From positions 1 to 64,000 of IMG/VR virus record IMGVR_UViG_3300014204_000015: 64,000 nt of DNA; one strand, written 5' to 3'. The position numbers were made by a program, and so were the translations under genes. The stretch comes from a virus (Duplodnaviria > Caudoviricetes). Under the pieces are notes generated by a model. It was not told the DNA's origin. It saw only the letters and a list, made by a program, of their open reading frames with translations, and made no database searches. Shown here piece after piece: positions 45,305 to 54,337 of this stretch; position 1 is the first letter of the stretch; every line of letters begins with the position of its first letter.

Positions 45305-45850
45305 CTAGCTAAGGTCCTGAACGAGATCCTCTAGGATCACGATTGACCGACGGATAGCTAGAGGCCGTTGGGCCTCATCGAGCCGTAGGAGGAAAGCCGG
45401 GTGGAGGAGACTGTAATATTGCTTGCCCTTGTAGACCTTTTGGAGGGCCGGGGGCACCCACTTCTCCGCGAGAGTACCGACGCACACGATGGCTCGGGGC
45501 CGGCATAGCTTACAGAATTCCCGTAGCCGCTCTTGACAAGCCTTGATGGCTTCCTTCGGGGGCTCGTGATTCCCCGTGTTTTTCGCCAACCGGGGAAAGC
45601 AGCAGACGAGATTCGTGAAGGCGCAATCCAGTTGCCCGTCGATACCCTTATTGACGATGAAGTCCAATAGCTTCCCGGCTGGGCCTACGAAGGGCTTCCC
45701 CAACACATCTTCGCTTTGGCCCGGGGCTTCTCCGATGAATAACACATCGCAAGGGATTGTACCCCGGGCGAATACTTGGCGGGTGCGTTGGGTAAATAAA
45801 TCACACCCCTCGCACTTCGACCACTTCAACTTGAAGTCTTTGTATCCCAC
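45305..45850 (-). CDS. Uracil-DNA glycosylase family 4
   Basis: C..C.L, FIGEAPG..ED..G.PFVGPAG.LL, N.V.C.P, HPAF.LR. Confidence 0.85.
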   Translation of the reverse strand: MGYKDFKLKWSKCEGCDLFTQRTRQVFARGTIPCDVLFIGEAPGQSEDVLGKPFVGPAGKLLDFIVNKGIDGQLDCAFTNLVCCFPRLAKNTGNHEPPKEAIKACQERLREFCKLCRPRAIVCVGTLAEKWVPPALQKVYKGKQYYSLLHPAFLLRLDEAQRPLAIRRSIVILEDLVQDLS

Positions 45851-45851
45851 A

Positions 45852-46070
45852 TTACTCTCCTAGATTGAGGTTGATTTCTCCCCGCTCGGCTAACCGAGAG
45901 AATCCAATGAACTCGAAGTCAGTGAGTATAAGTCCCGAGAAACCGTTGGGAGAACCTGCTATCAGTATCTTAGCGCATAGTTCGGCCACTAGCCATACGC
46001 TAAACTCTTTGAGCTGCTCATCGTCTAGAGTATTGACGATGCCATAGAGGTCAACCGTCAGAGGGTCCAC
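45852..46070 (-). CDS. Small hypothetical protein
   Basis: 72 aa in operon. Confidence 0.45.
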   Translation of the reverse strand: MDPLTVDLYGIVNTLDDEQLKEFSVWLVAELCAKILIAGSPNGFSGLILTDFEFIGFSRLAERGEINLNLGE

Positions 46071-46558
46071 TTAGCATACCCACGGCAGTAATGGGCGATT
46101 AGGAGGGCGTCTGAGACGGCTAGGGTGATTCTACTCTGAGGGTAGAGTTGTTGAGCTTTCGCCTTGAGCCGGTTCTTCCATTGTGTCTTCCCCTCACTAC
46201 TCTTCTTAGAGGGAATAGCCAAAGCCTTTATCCACTTCTGAGGGGTAGTAGGAACAAACGGGATACTCGCTGCGGTTAGGGCCATGATGAGTCCCCCGAA
46301 GCCGTAGCCAAACTTGAAGCTACTTGCTACCCCTTGATCCGGCATTGAAGCAACTTTCTCCACCACCGCTCTAGTTCCTGGAGGAAGAGAGCAGAACCAA
46401 AGCCAGATATCCCGCTCGGTGGCGGGCATTTTGTCTAGTCGTTCTACCTGTCCAATGTTATTGAGCAAGGCCAAGCCACCGGATAGGCCGGGGTCGATAC
46501 CTAAGTAATGGCCTGGATTTGACCAACATGCTCCGTCACTGGCGATGGGTCTAGGCAT
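46058..46558 (-). CDS. RuvC-like Holliday junction resolvase
   Basis: LGIDPG.SGG.A, VVEKV, F.FG...G, DALLIA. Confidence 0.85.
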   Translation of the reverse strand: MPRPIASDGACWSNPGHYLGIDPGLSGGLALLNNIGQVERLDKMPATERDIWLWFCSLPPGTRAVVEKVASMPDQGVASSFKFGYGFGGLIMALTAASIPFVPTTPQKWIKALAIPSKKSSEGKTQWKNRLKAKAQQLYPQSRITLAVSDALLIAHYCRGYAKWTL

Positions 46559-46799
46559 TCGATTTCTTCTTGGGCTTTACCCGAAAGAGGATGATGTTGT
46601 CTCGGATACTGACGCTGGCCCTTAGGCCGTGTCGATGCGCTGCGTTGCGAATCTGGATAGCCATTGAGGGTATCTGGCACAAGAAGTCCCGGCCCTTCTC
46701 TAACGCCACGGGAGAAGTCGCTGGGCTTCGGGCCGCTTTGATCCATTCCTTCCATGGATAAGCCATGGGGTACTTTTTGAGGTGTTCGCCTCTTGACAT
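46551..46799 (-). CDS. Small hypothetical protein
   Basis: YPW.EW..LEKGRDF motif; AGGAAGG RBS. Confidence 0.55.
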   Translation of the reverse strand: MSRGEHLKKYPMAYPWKEWIKAARSPATSPVALEKGRDFLCQIPSMAIQIRNAAHRHGLRASVSIRDNIILFRVKPKKKSNA

Positions 46800-47196
46800 G
46801 ATTCCTTCCTTCTAGTTCTGAAGTCTAGGTGCGTAGGACGGCACCGACGTAAAGGCCTATTATATCGCCCCCGAAAACCACCCCGCTCGGGCTTGAGTCC
46901 CGTGCGCTCCGGCTCCCTACCTCGATTCTCCCCCTCGCAAAATCTATAAAACGAAAAATAGATTATAGTAGAGTGGGGGAGTATTTTTATATATTATATA
47001 TTTATATAGAGTATATAAGAGCAACATTTAACATTTCCAACCCGTAGCGGATTGATAAGCCATAATCCCCCCTTTCGGTTATTTAGAGAATTATTCTAGA
47101 AAACCCTTTACGGAGCCGAAGCCGTCTATATAAAGGGGGTATCTCGGAGGTAACGGAACCTCTTGGAAGGATTACCAATTGTAAGGAGTCTGGGAA
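46800..47196. promoter_or_regulatory. AT-rich divergent control region at the strand switch
   Basis: Non-coding; TATA-rich tract around 46990-47030; genes diverge from here. Confidence 0.6.
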
Positions 47197-48651
47197 ATGG
47201 TAAATGCTGTAGAAGAGCGGGAAGTGGTTTATGTCAAGGTAGCGAGCTACGTATGTGATGGGACAGAACTGCCGGCTCTAGGAATCGAGAAGGCCAAGGA
47301 GGCTCTCGGTTGGAAAGAAGAGGGTAAGGAGGGAAGCAACGTCAAGTACGGAAAGAATGACGTACTCCTTACCTATAAGGATGCTTCGGGTAAGGTCGTG
47401 AAGGTCAAGTGTGAGCACAACCGGAATAACCGGAGACTCTCCATGGGTAACGTCTCCACTCTGAAACAGGAGATACTCCGGGGCCGTTACGAGTTGAACG
47501 GTGAGCCTATCATCATCGGCCGTTATGGTACTCTCCTCGATGGGCAACATACGCTTACCGCTCTGATCCTCGCTCATTACGAGTGGGAGAAAGACCCAGG
47601 GCTTTATCCTCACTGGAAGATGGCCCCCTCAATCAAGAAGGTCATCATCTACGGAATCTCGGAAGAGGACAAGGTCATCAACACGATAGATACCGGGAGG
47701 CCGAGAACCCTATCCGACGTCATCTATCGTTCTCCCTACTTCTCCGGGCTCTCGCTACAAGCCAAGAATACTTGTAGCGGTATCGCCGCAAACGCGATCA
47801 AATTACTATGGACGCGCACGGGGGAGAATCTCGACGGTTTCTGCGCCGTCCGTACCCATGCTGAGTCGATTGACTTCTTGGATCGTCATCCCCGTATCCT
47901 CGAATGCGTCAGCCTCATCTACGAGTCAGCCGAGAATCTCGGCAACCCTCTTCCAGGACTCGGAGTGTGTGCGGGGCTTTTGTACCTGATGGGGGCCGCA
48001 AAGACGAATCCCCGTGAGTACCTGAACGAAGAACACCTAGTTGAAACGAATGTCAACTGGGAGTTATGGGACCAGGCTCAAGACTTCTGGGTTCTCCTAG
48101 CCGACAAGTCTAACCCTAAGTTCAAGCCTATCCGTCGGGTGCTCGCTCAGACAATCGAGGATGGCGATAGTAGCCCCGACGCGAAGATAGCCATCATCGT
48201 GAAGGCATGGGAACTCTATCGACTAGGGAAGGCAGTCACCGAAGCCGGATTGAATCTCACCTACATAGAGGAGAAGAACGGTAGCATCCGGCTCAATGAG
48301 ACTCCGGTAATCGGCGGTATCGATATTGGTCGGTTGGACCTCATCGATGAAGAGGAACTCACCAAGACCCCACCGAAGCAAGAAGAGACTCAAAAGGCCA
48401 TCCGTGAGAAGAAGGCCACGGCCGGGGAACTTCCCCCGTCCAAGCAACCCAAGAAAGAAAGGGAGAAGGGCCCCAAGAACCAGTTGGTCGGGAAGGCCCG
48501 TTGGGTCAAGAGCCCCGAGGGGAACTGGAGGGGCAAGGTTCTCGACACCGACGGCACCCTAGCTAGTGTCCGTATCCTCCAGGGATTCCAGGGGGCGGGC
48601 AATACCGTTCAGGTACCCGTCTCGGAGCTGCTAGAGGCCCAACCCGTCTAG
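47197..48651 (+). CDS. ParB/Srx-like N-terminal domain protein
   Basis: NR.L....V......I..G....NGEPI, LLDGQH.L.A, IDTG.PRT. Confidence 0.65.
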   Translation: MVNAVEEREVVYVKVASYVCDGTELPALGIEKAKEALGWKEEGKEGSNVKYGKNDVLLTYKDASGKVVKVKCEHNRNNRRLSMGNVSTLKQEILRGRYELNGEPIIIGRYGTLLDGQHTLTALILAHYEWEKDPGLYPHWKMAPSIKKVIIYGISEEDKVINTIDTGRPRTLSDVIYRSPYFSGLSLQAKNTCSGIAANAIKLLWTRTGENLDGFCAVRTHAESIDFLDRHPRILECVSLIYESAENLGNPLPGLGVCAGLLYLMGAAKTNPREYLNEEHLVETNVNWELWDQAQDFWVLLADKSNPKFKPIRRVLAQTIEDGDSSPDAKIAIIVKAWELYRLGKAVTEAGLNLTYIEEKNGSIRLNETPVIGGIDIGRLDLIDEEELTKTPPKQEETQKAIREKKATAGELPPSKQPKKEREKGPKNQLVGKARWVKSPEGNWRGKVLDTDGTLASVRILQGFQGAGNTVQVPVSELLEAQPV

Positions 48652-48688
48652 TTACCGTTTCCTACCGTTTCTCGCCGTTTCTCACCTA

Positions 48689-48713
48689 GGCCCCGAAACC
48701 CGGGGCCTTCTTT
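48689..48713 (+). terminator. Rho-independent terminator
   Basis: GGCCCCG-AAACC-CGGGGCC then TTCTTT. Confidence 0.7.
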
Positions 48714-48850
48714 ATGCGCCGATACCCCCCCCCGAAAGAATTCCTAATATTTCCCGAGAAATATTCGGCAGGACCTATTTACTCGGCCGATTATAAGGCT
48801 ATTATATAGTCATCGGGGGAAAGAACCCCGAACCCGAAACCTAGGAGAGT

Positions 48851-49093
48851 ATGATGATAACCATTCGCTACGAAGTTTGGAGCAAACGAGACAACCGCCC
48901 CCGTACGATGGAGCGGGAATTCAAAGACGAGAAGGCCATGCAACGGTGGGTCGCCAATGCCGGTTGGACTTCTTCCGGTGAGGAAGAATGTGACCACGAC
49001 TGGATTGACGAGAGTCACGCGGGGCCGGATTCCGGGAACATTGATATGACTTGCCGCAAGTGCGGTAAGGTCTGCTACGCGAACCTTTACTAG
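48851..49093 (+). CDS. Small early protein with C-terminal Cys cluster
   Basis: AGGAGAG RBS; C.H.W....C.KCG..C. Confidence 0.6.
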   Translation: MMITIRYEVWSKRDNRPRTMEREFKDEKAMQRWVANAGWTSSGEEECDHDWIDESHAGPDSGNIDMTCRKCGKVCYANLY

Positions 49094-49105
49094 GAGATAC
49101 GAACC

Positions 49106-49291
49106 ATGGCAAATATGATGTACGAACCCTTCGGTGAAGACCTTTACTTGGCCCACTACCCCGACGGTTCCGGCCGTTGCCGGATCGAACAAGTTCAAGC
49201 CGACGGGACGATTAAGGTGTCCAAAGACTACGCCTCTTGGGATGAGGCTTTCGAGGACAAGTGTGCGGACGAAATGCATTGGATCAACTAG
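49106..49291 (+). CDS. Small acidic early protein
   Basis: AGGAG RBS; 61 aa. Confidence 0.6.
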   Translation: MANMMYEPFGEDLYLAHYPDGSGRCRIEQVQADGTIKVSKDYASWDEAFEDKCADEMHWIN

Positions 49292-49342
49292 GAGCGATAC
49301 GATGAGACGCAAGGTTGGAAACGGCCACGAGGAGACGAACCG

Positions 49343-49651
49343 ATGATCACCTACCCCCATTCCACCGTCCGCGACGTGCTCGGCTGGAGACTGTCAGACC
49401 TGTCTCGATCCGAGCATTACTATCTCGTCGGGCATCACTGGTACTCATTCCGCTCGCTCTGCGAGGCAATCGCAGGAGGGTTGCCCCTGGATACCGCGAT
49501 CGACGATGCGACAGACGAGCCGACCCCGTGCTTCGTCTACGACCGACCAGCCTTCGACGGTGGGCCGTTCGTCGCCGATGGCTCAACACCCGGAGCCGCC
49601 TACGTCCAGTCCTGGTGGCCCGTCAGGCGGTGGGCCGAGGCCGCCTTGTGA
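49343..49651 (+). CDS. Hypothetical protein
   Basis: AGGAG RBS; 102 aa. Confidence 0.5.
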   Translation: MITYPHSTVRDVLGWRLSDLSRSEHYYLVGHHWYSFRSLCEAIAGGLPLDTAIDDATDEPTPCFVYDRPAFDGGPFVADGSTPGAAYVQSWWPVRRWAEAAL

Positions 49652-49795
49652 TCGACTCGCGATAGCATTGTGCTTATTGCGGTTGGGGAGGGGACGGGAT
49701 TTCGGTGTGCGGGGTTTGCCGGGAGGCCGGCATCGATGGTCCAGCTATTCGCGGTACAGGTCGAGTCGTTTGTCGTATCCATAAGGAGAAGTGAC

Positions 49796-51181
49796 GTGGC
49801 GAATATTAAAATCGGGCCGGAATTCTTCAAGAAGGCGAAGAACGATTATTCCGATTGGATTTGGGCGTTGGTCCGCGAGTTCATGCAGAATTGTATGGAC
49901 TGCGGCTCCAAGAATATCACCGTCGAAGTCTCCAACGAGAACGGGAACACTCGACTGGTCGTTACCAACGATGGTCGGGCGATGAGCAAAACTGAGTTGG
50001 TCGACAAACTCCTTTCTCTCGGTTCCTCCGGTAAGGAGTTCCACGGGACGGTCGGGGGCTTCGGGAAGGCCAAGGAGATTCTCTATTTGTGCCACGAAGA
50101 ATACCTCATCTTCTCCGGCAACTGCGGAATTGTAGGGTGCGGGGCCGAGTATACCATTTCCCCCACCGACTACTTCCACGGCACCCGTTCTTCGATTCTC
50201 CTCAAGGGGGATAAATACGCCAGGTTGCTCAACGAATTTGCGGCGTTCGCTCGGCTCTGCTATTGGAAAGGTACTCTTCGGGTCAACGGCAACCATATCC
50301 CGACGGATACGAAGAAAGGAACCAAGAAGAGAGAATTCGATTGGGGAACCGTTTACACTACCAAGCAGATTCAGGGGAACCGCTTGGTTGTACGCATTCA
50401 AGGTATCCCGATGTTCACACAATACCTCTCGGGCATCGACAAGGCCGTTATCATTGAGCTGCCGTCGAGCAAGTCGCTGACCTCCAACCGGGACGGGTTG
50501 ACCACTAAGGTTCTCCCGCAATTCCAGACGTTCATCTCAGATTTGACCGTCAACAAACTCTCGGCCCTCAAGAAGACACCTAGCACGACCTACGTAAAGA
50601 GCGGAGGCAAGGGCCGGTTGTGCTACGAAGGGGAATCGCAGCCTACTACGTTTGCCGCAAAGGCTATTCTAGAGTTTGGCGCAGCCGCTCACGTAGCCCT
50701 AGGAGAATCCAAACCCGCCTCTACGGCGGTCGAATCAATTGGAGAAGAGGATGAGATTCAATTTCTCATCAAGAACGAATCGGGCAAGACCGTTCCGAAT
50801 TGGCTCTTGGAAGAGGGCTTCTCGGAATACGCCTCCCAGTTGGTTTACCTCTGGTCGTTCTACCTACTCCAACTCCATCGGCTCTTCAAGGACAATAAGC
50901 CCTTCTCCGTTGGGTTCCTCTTGGACATAACCGGGACGGAGGCCCAATTTGAGATGGGAAACTACGGCCGAGTGTTTTACATTAACCCTATCTCAATGGA
51001 GGGGGGTCACTTCCGCCGACGGTGGAAGTTTGACAACGCTGGAGTCAACGCCCTCCTAGCCGACGCAGTTCACGAGTTCACTCACGCTCGGGGCTGCTTC
51101 AGCCACGACGAAGTTTACACTAGCAAGTTGACCGATAACATGGGAAAGGTACTAGCGAACATCGAGATGTTTCAAATCTAG
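49796..51181 (+). CDS. GHKL (HSP90/MORC-like) ATPase with C-terminal HExxH motif
   Basis: RE.MQNC.D, VTNDGRAM, GGFG.AK, GT; HEFTH near the C-terminus; AAGGAG RBS before GTG 49796. Confidence 0.75.
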   Translation: MANIKIGPEFFKKAKNDYSDWIWALVREFMQNCMDCGSKNITVEVSNENGNTRLVVTNDGRAMSKTELVDKLLSLGSSGKEFHGTVGGFGKAKEILYLCHEEYLIFSGNCGIVGCGAEYTISPTDYFHGTRSSILLKGDKYARLLNEFAAFARLCYWKGTLRVNGNHIPTDTKKGTKKREFDWGTVYTTKQIQGNRLVVRIQGIPMFTQYLSGIDKAVIIELPSSKSLTSNRDGLTTKVLPQFQTFISDLTVNKLSALKKTPSTTYVKSGGKGRLCYEGESQPTTFAAKAILEFGAAAHVALGESKPASTAVESIGEEDEIQFLIKNESGKTVPNWLLEEGFSEYASQLVYLWSFYLLQLHRLFKDNKPFSVGFLLDITGTEAQFEMGNYGRVFYINPISMEGGHFRRRWKFDNAGVNALLADAVHEFTHARGCFSHDEVYTSKLTDNMGKVLANIEMFQI

Positions 51182-51274
51182 TCTCCCGAGGAACTAACCC
51201 CCGCTCACGCGCAAAGCCGTCCCGCGAACGGCACGGGGGTCTGGTAATTCAACTCACCTCTAAGGAGCGTTAGG

Positions 51275-51526
51275 ATGGAATGCCCTAAATGTGGTAAAGA
51301 CTGGTGTTGGGATTGGTGCGAGGATGTCTTGCGGGACGTAGACGGCAAACCGGCTCGGGAGGAGTTCAGGCCATCGGATGACCCGAACACCGGATTTTTC
51401 GACTACTTCTGCCCTTGCGGGTTGTTGCTTTTCTCTACCCCCGAGGATGAGATGGACTTTTTGAATGAGCCTCCCGAATGGGAGAATGCCGATTGGGAGG
51501 AACACGCCTATGAGGAGGACCGCTAA
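51275..51526 (+). CDS. Small acidic Cys-containing protein
   Basis: CPKCG..C.CG; AGGAGCG RBS. Confidence 0.55.
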   Translation: MECPKCGKDWCWDWCEDVLRDVDGKPAREEFRPSDDPNTGFFDYFCPCGLLLFSTPEDEMDFLNEPPEWENADWEEHAYEEDR

Positions 51527-51729
51527 TGACGCCTAGAGAAGCCGCCGACGTAATCGGCTGCACGGCAAACCAAGTAAGGGTCCTCTGCCGTAAGGGGTTG
51601 ATAGACTCCGTACGGATAGAGGCCTACGGTCGAGAGTATTACGTGGTAGACAAGCAGTCGGTTTATACCTACGCCAAACGGCCCCAGAAGCGGGGCTACC
51701 CGCGAGGGAAGAAAAGGAGCACATTGTGA
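51526..51729 (+). CDS. Excisionase-like HTH DNA-binding protein
   Basis: MTPREAADVIGCTANQVRVLCRKGLI. Confidence 0.75.
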   Translation: MTPREAADVIGCTANQVRVLCRKGLIDSVRIEAYGREYYVVDKQSVYTYAKRPQKRGYPRGKKRSTL

Positions 51730-54326
51730 AACGCGAAGAAATTGAAGTTGGAGGCCTCTACCTAGTTGAGCCTCACAAAGGAGATCGGGTGTTGGTTAAC
51801 GTCGTTGAGGTAAACGAGTCTCCGCTACGCTACCTAACCCGGGAGCCCGGGGGGAAGTGCCGGGAGTTCACCTTCACTAACGGACGTAGCTTCATCTGCC
51901 GGGCAAAGTTCACCGTCCAGTCCTCGGTCGAAGCCACGAAGCCCTCCTGGAAGGATAGCCTCAAGAAGCCTAAGGACAATTCACCTCACGTGATCGTAGA
52001 GGCTCGGGCCGGGACGGGCAAGACCACGACCCTAGTTGAGGGGCTGAAGATCATGCGGGGTGAAACGTCGAAGTTATCGCCCTCTCCCCAGCAAGCCGCA
52101 GTGTGGAAGGCCATCGCTCAGTCGGCGGGAGTCTCCCGCGTAGGCTTCTGCGCCTTCAACAAGTCGATTGCGGCGGAACTCAAGAGCCGAGTACCTGCCG
52201 GCTGCGATGCTATGACGATGCACGGGATGGGATTCAAGGCCATTAACGGTACCTTCTCGGGAGTCGTCGTGGATGAATACCGGGTCAGGATGATCTTGGC
52301 CGACATTCTTGGGATGGACCTTCAGAAATTGAAGTTTCAACGGTTTGACCTTCTCATGGCCGTCGAGAAGCTAGTTGGACTCTGCAAGATGAATCTTGTA
52401 GATGCCGGGGGCTACTGGAAGGCCGGAATGGGAGCCGAGTTGGAGGAGGCCCTAGACAATCTCACTAGCTACTACGAAATTGAGCTCAACGGTAACCGTC
52501 ACCAAGTGTACGAAGCCGTTCCGGCCGTCCTGGAGAAATGCAAGCAGGTCAATTTGGACCGGAAGATTGACTACGACGATATGATTTGGCTGCCCGTGGT
52601 CTTAGACCTATCCATGCATGCTTACGATCTGCTCCTAGTCGATGAGGCCCAAGACCTGAACCGTTGTCAACAAGCCCTCGCCCGTAAGGCCGGCAACCGC
52701 TTGATCCTTTGCGGTGATCCGTGCCAACCCCCAGGTACAATGGTTACTCTCGCGGGGGCTCCCGGAAACCGATGGCATAAAGCGGTTCCAGGTAATAGTA
52801 TCCCGATTGAAGAAGTAAAGAAAGGAGATACCCTAGTTGGTTACTGCCCCAAAGACGGGTCTAACTATTCCAATCGCATCGTTGAGGGAGTGAGTGTAAC
52901 CCAGTTTGACGGAGAACTTATAACCGTCGAGACTGAGGACGGGGTTAAGTCCAGCTACACTCCTCAACACCATTGCTACGCTAGCTTCGGCTCTCTTCGG
53001 GATTGTTACTGTGTTTACCTGATGAAGCGAGGTCTACAATTCCGGGTTGGCTCTTGCCAACTCAACTACCGTTCTTCAGGAAATGGCTTGGTCCATCGCC
53101 TTAGAACCGAGGGCGGGGATGCCGCTTGGTTATTGGAAACCCATCCTTCCAAGCGAGAAGCTCGCCTTCGTGAAATGGAAGTATCGCACCGATACAACTT
53201 ACCTCAAGTTGTCTTCTCTAATGGTAATGAGGGGTATATCCTAGATGATGAGGGTGTAGTGCGTTTTTGGGAGTTTGTCGGTAATAACGCCTCAGCGGGT
53301 TTGAAGGTCATTGACGCCTTCAAGTTAGAATGGAATCGTCCTATAGCCGTTCCTGGAGGTCAATGGCAACAATCGTTTAAGCGACCCTCTATCTTCGCTG
53401 CCGCAAACCTCCGCGATGGTATGGAACTACGTACCGAGGATGGACGTTGGGTTAGGATTCGGGTGGAAAGAACTCCATACAAAGGCCCAGTGTACTCATT
53501 ATCGGTTTCACACGACAAACTCTATATGGCTGATGGGATTGTTACTCACAATTGCCAGGCCATCTACGGATTCGCGGGGGCTGATGCCGAGAGCATACCA
53601 CGCCTAGAGCGTGAACTAGGGGCTACCTCCCGGGAATGCATCCACCTCCCGCTTACGGTCACCCGCCGTTGCGGCAAGGCTATCGTAGCCGAAGCCCAAC
53701 AGTACGTCCCTGACTTTGAGGCCCACGAATCTAACGGGCCAGGTCGTATCCTCCAGGAGAGGCTCGGGACATACCGGAGGCAAGTTGAGGACGGTGACAT
53801 GATCCTCTGCCGTTGTAACGCCCCGCTTGTCTCTGAGTGTTTCAAGTTTCTCCGGGACGGGCGGAAAGCTACCATCCAGGGACGGGATATCGGCCAGGGC
53901 CTTATCTCAACCGTAAAGAAGTTGAAGGCCTCCTCGATTCCCGACCTATTGACCAAACTCTCCGCTTGGGAAGAGCATCAGGTCAAACTAGAGAACGCGA
54001 AGAAGAACCCAAGCGATTCTCGCATCCAGGGAATCCAAGACCGGGTGGATTGTATTACCTGCTTTGCGGAGGAGTCCCAGACGGTCGATGCCCTGATTGA
54101 GAAAATCGAGAAGATATTCACGGATCAGAAAACCCAAGGCGTCAAACTCTCTTCGGTTCACCGGGCTAAAGGCCTGGAGGCCGTTAGGGTGTTTCTTCTG
54201 CTCCTCAAAGACGCCCCAATGCCTCACCCGATGGCCAAGACGGCGTGGGCTCGGGAGCAAGAAAGAAATCTCGTCTACGTCGCCATCACCCGCGCAATTG
54301 AAGAACTCGTGTATGTCCAAGACTGA
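51726..54326 (+). CDS. SF1 (UvrD/Rep-like) helicase with intein
   Basis: ARAGTGKTT, AFNK, VDEAQD, GDP.QAIYGFAGA, T.RC, S.VH.AKGLE, NL.YVA.TRA. Confidence 0.9.
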   Translation: MKREEIEVGGLYLVEPHKGDRVLVNVVEVNESPLRYLTREPGGKCREFTFTNGRSFICRAKFTVQSSVEATKPSWKDSLKKPKDNSPHVIVEARAGTGKTTTLVEGLKIMRGETSKLSPSPQQAAVWKAIAQSAGVSRVGFCAFNKSIAAELKSRVPAGCDAMTMHGMGFKAINGTFSGVVVDEYRVRMILADILGMDLQKLKFQRFDLLMAVEKLVGLCKMNLVDAGGYWKAGMGAELEEALDNLTSYYEIELNGNRHQVYEAVPAVLEKCKQVNLDRKIDYDDMIWLPVVLDLSMHAYDLLLVDEAQDLNRCQQALARKAGNRLILCGDPCQPPGTMVTLAGAPGNRWHKAVPGNSIPIEEVKKGDTLVGYCPKDGSNYSNRIVEGVSVTQFDGELITVETEDGVKSSYTPQHHCYASFGSLRDCYCVYLMKRGLQFRVGSCQLNYRSSGNGLVHRLRTEGGDAAWLLETHPSKREARLREMEVSHRYNLPQVVFSNGNEGYILDDEGVVRFWEFVGNNASAGLKVIDAFKLEWNRPIAVPGGQWQQSFKRPSIFAAANLRDGMELRTEDGRWVRIRVERTPYKGPVYSLSVSHDKLYMADGIVTHNCQAIYGFAGADAESIPRLERELGATSRECIHLPLTVTRRCGKAIVAEAQQYVPDFEAHESNGPGRILQERLGTYRRQVEDGDMILCRCNAPLVSECFKFLRDGRKATIQGRDIGQGLISTVKKLKASSIPDLLTKLSAWEEHQVKLENAKKNPSDSRIQGIQDRVDCITCFAEESQTVDALIEKIEKIFTDQKTQGVKLSSVHRAKGLEAVRVFLLLLKDAPMPHPMAKTAWAREQERNLVYVAITRAIEELVYVQD
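52722..53552 (+). mobile_element. Intein (277 aa, Cys1...His-Asn, +1 Cys) with a GIY-YIG-like central domain
   Basis: GDP|CQPPGT.V, YTPQH (block B), VYSLSV...Y.ADGIVTHN|C; central CVYLM...FRVG..EA...E. Confidence 0.85.
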
Positions 54327-54337
54327 AGGAGAGTACC

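Noticed and set aside
51526-51729. Evidence for a temperate lifestyle from the excisionase-like HTH
   Set aside because: No integrase or att site is seen in the window; such HTH proteins are common in lytic phages.
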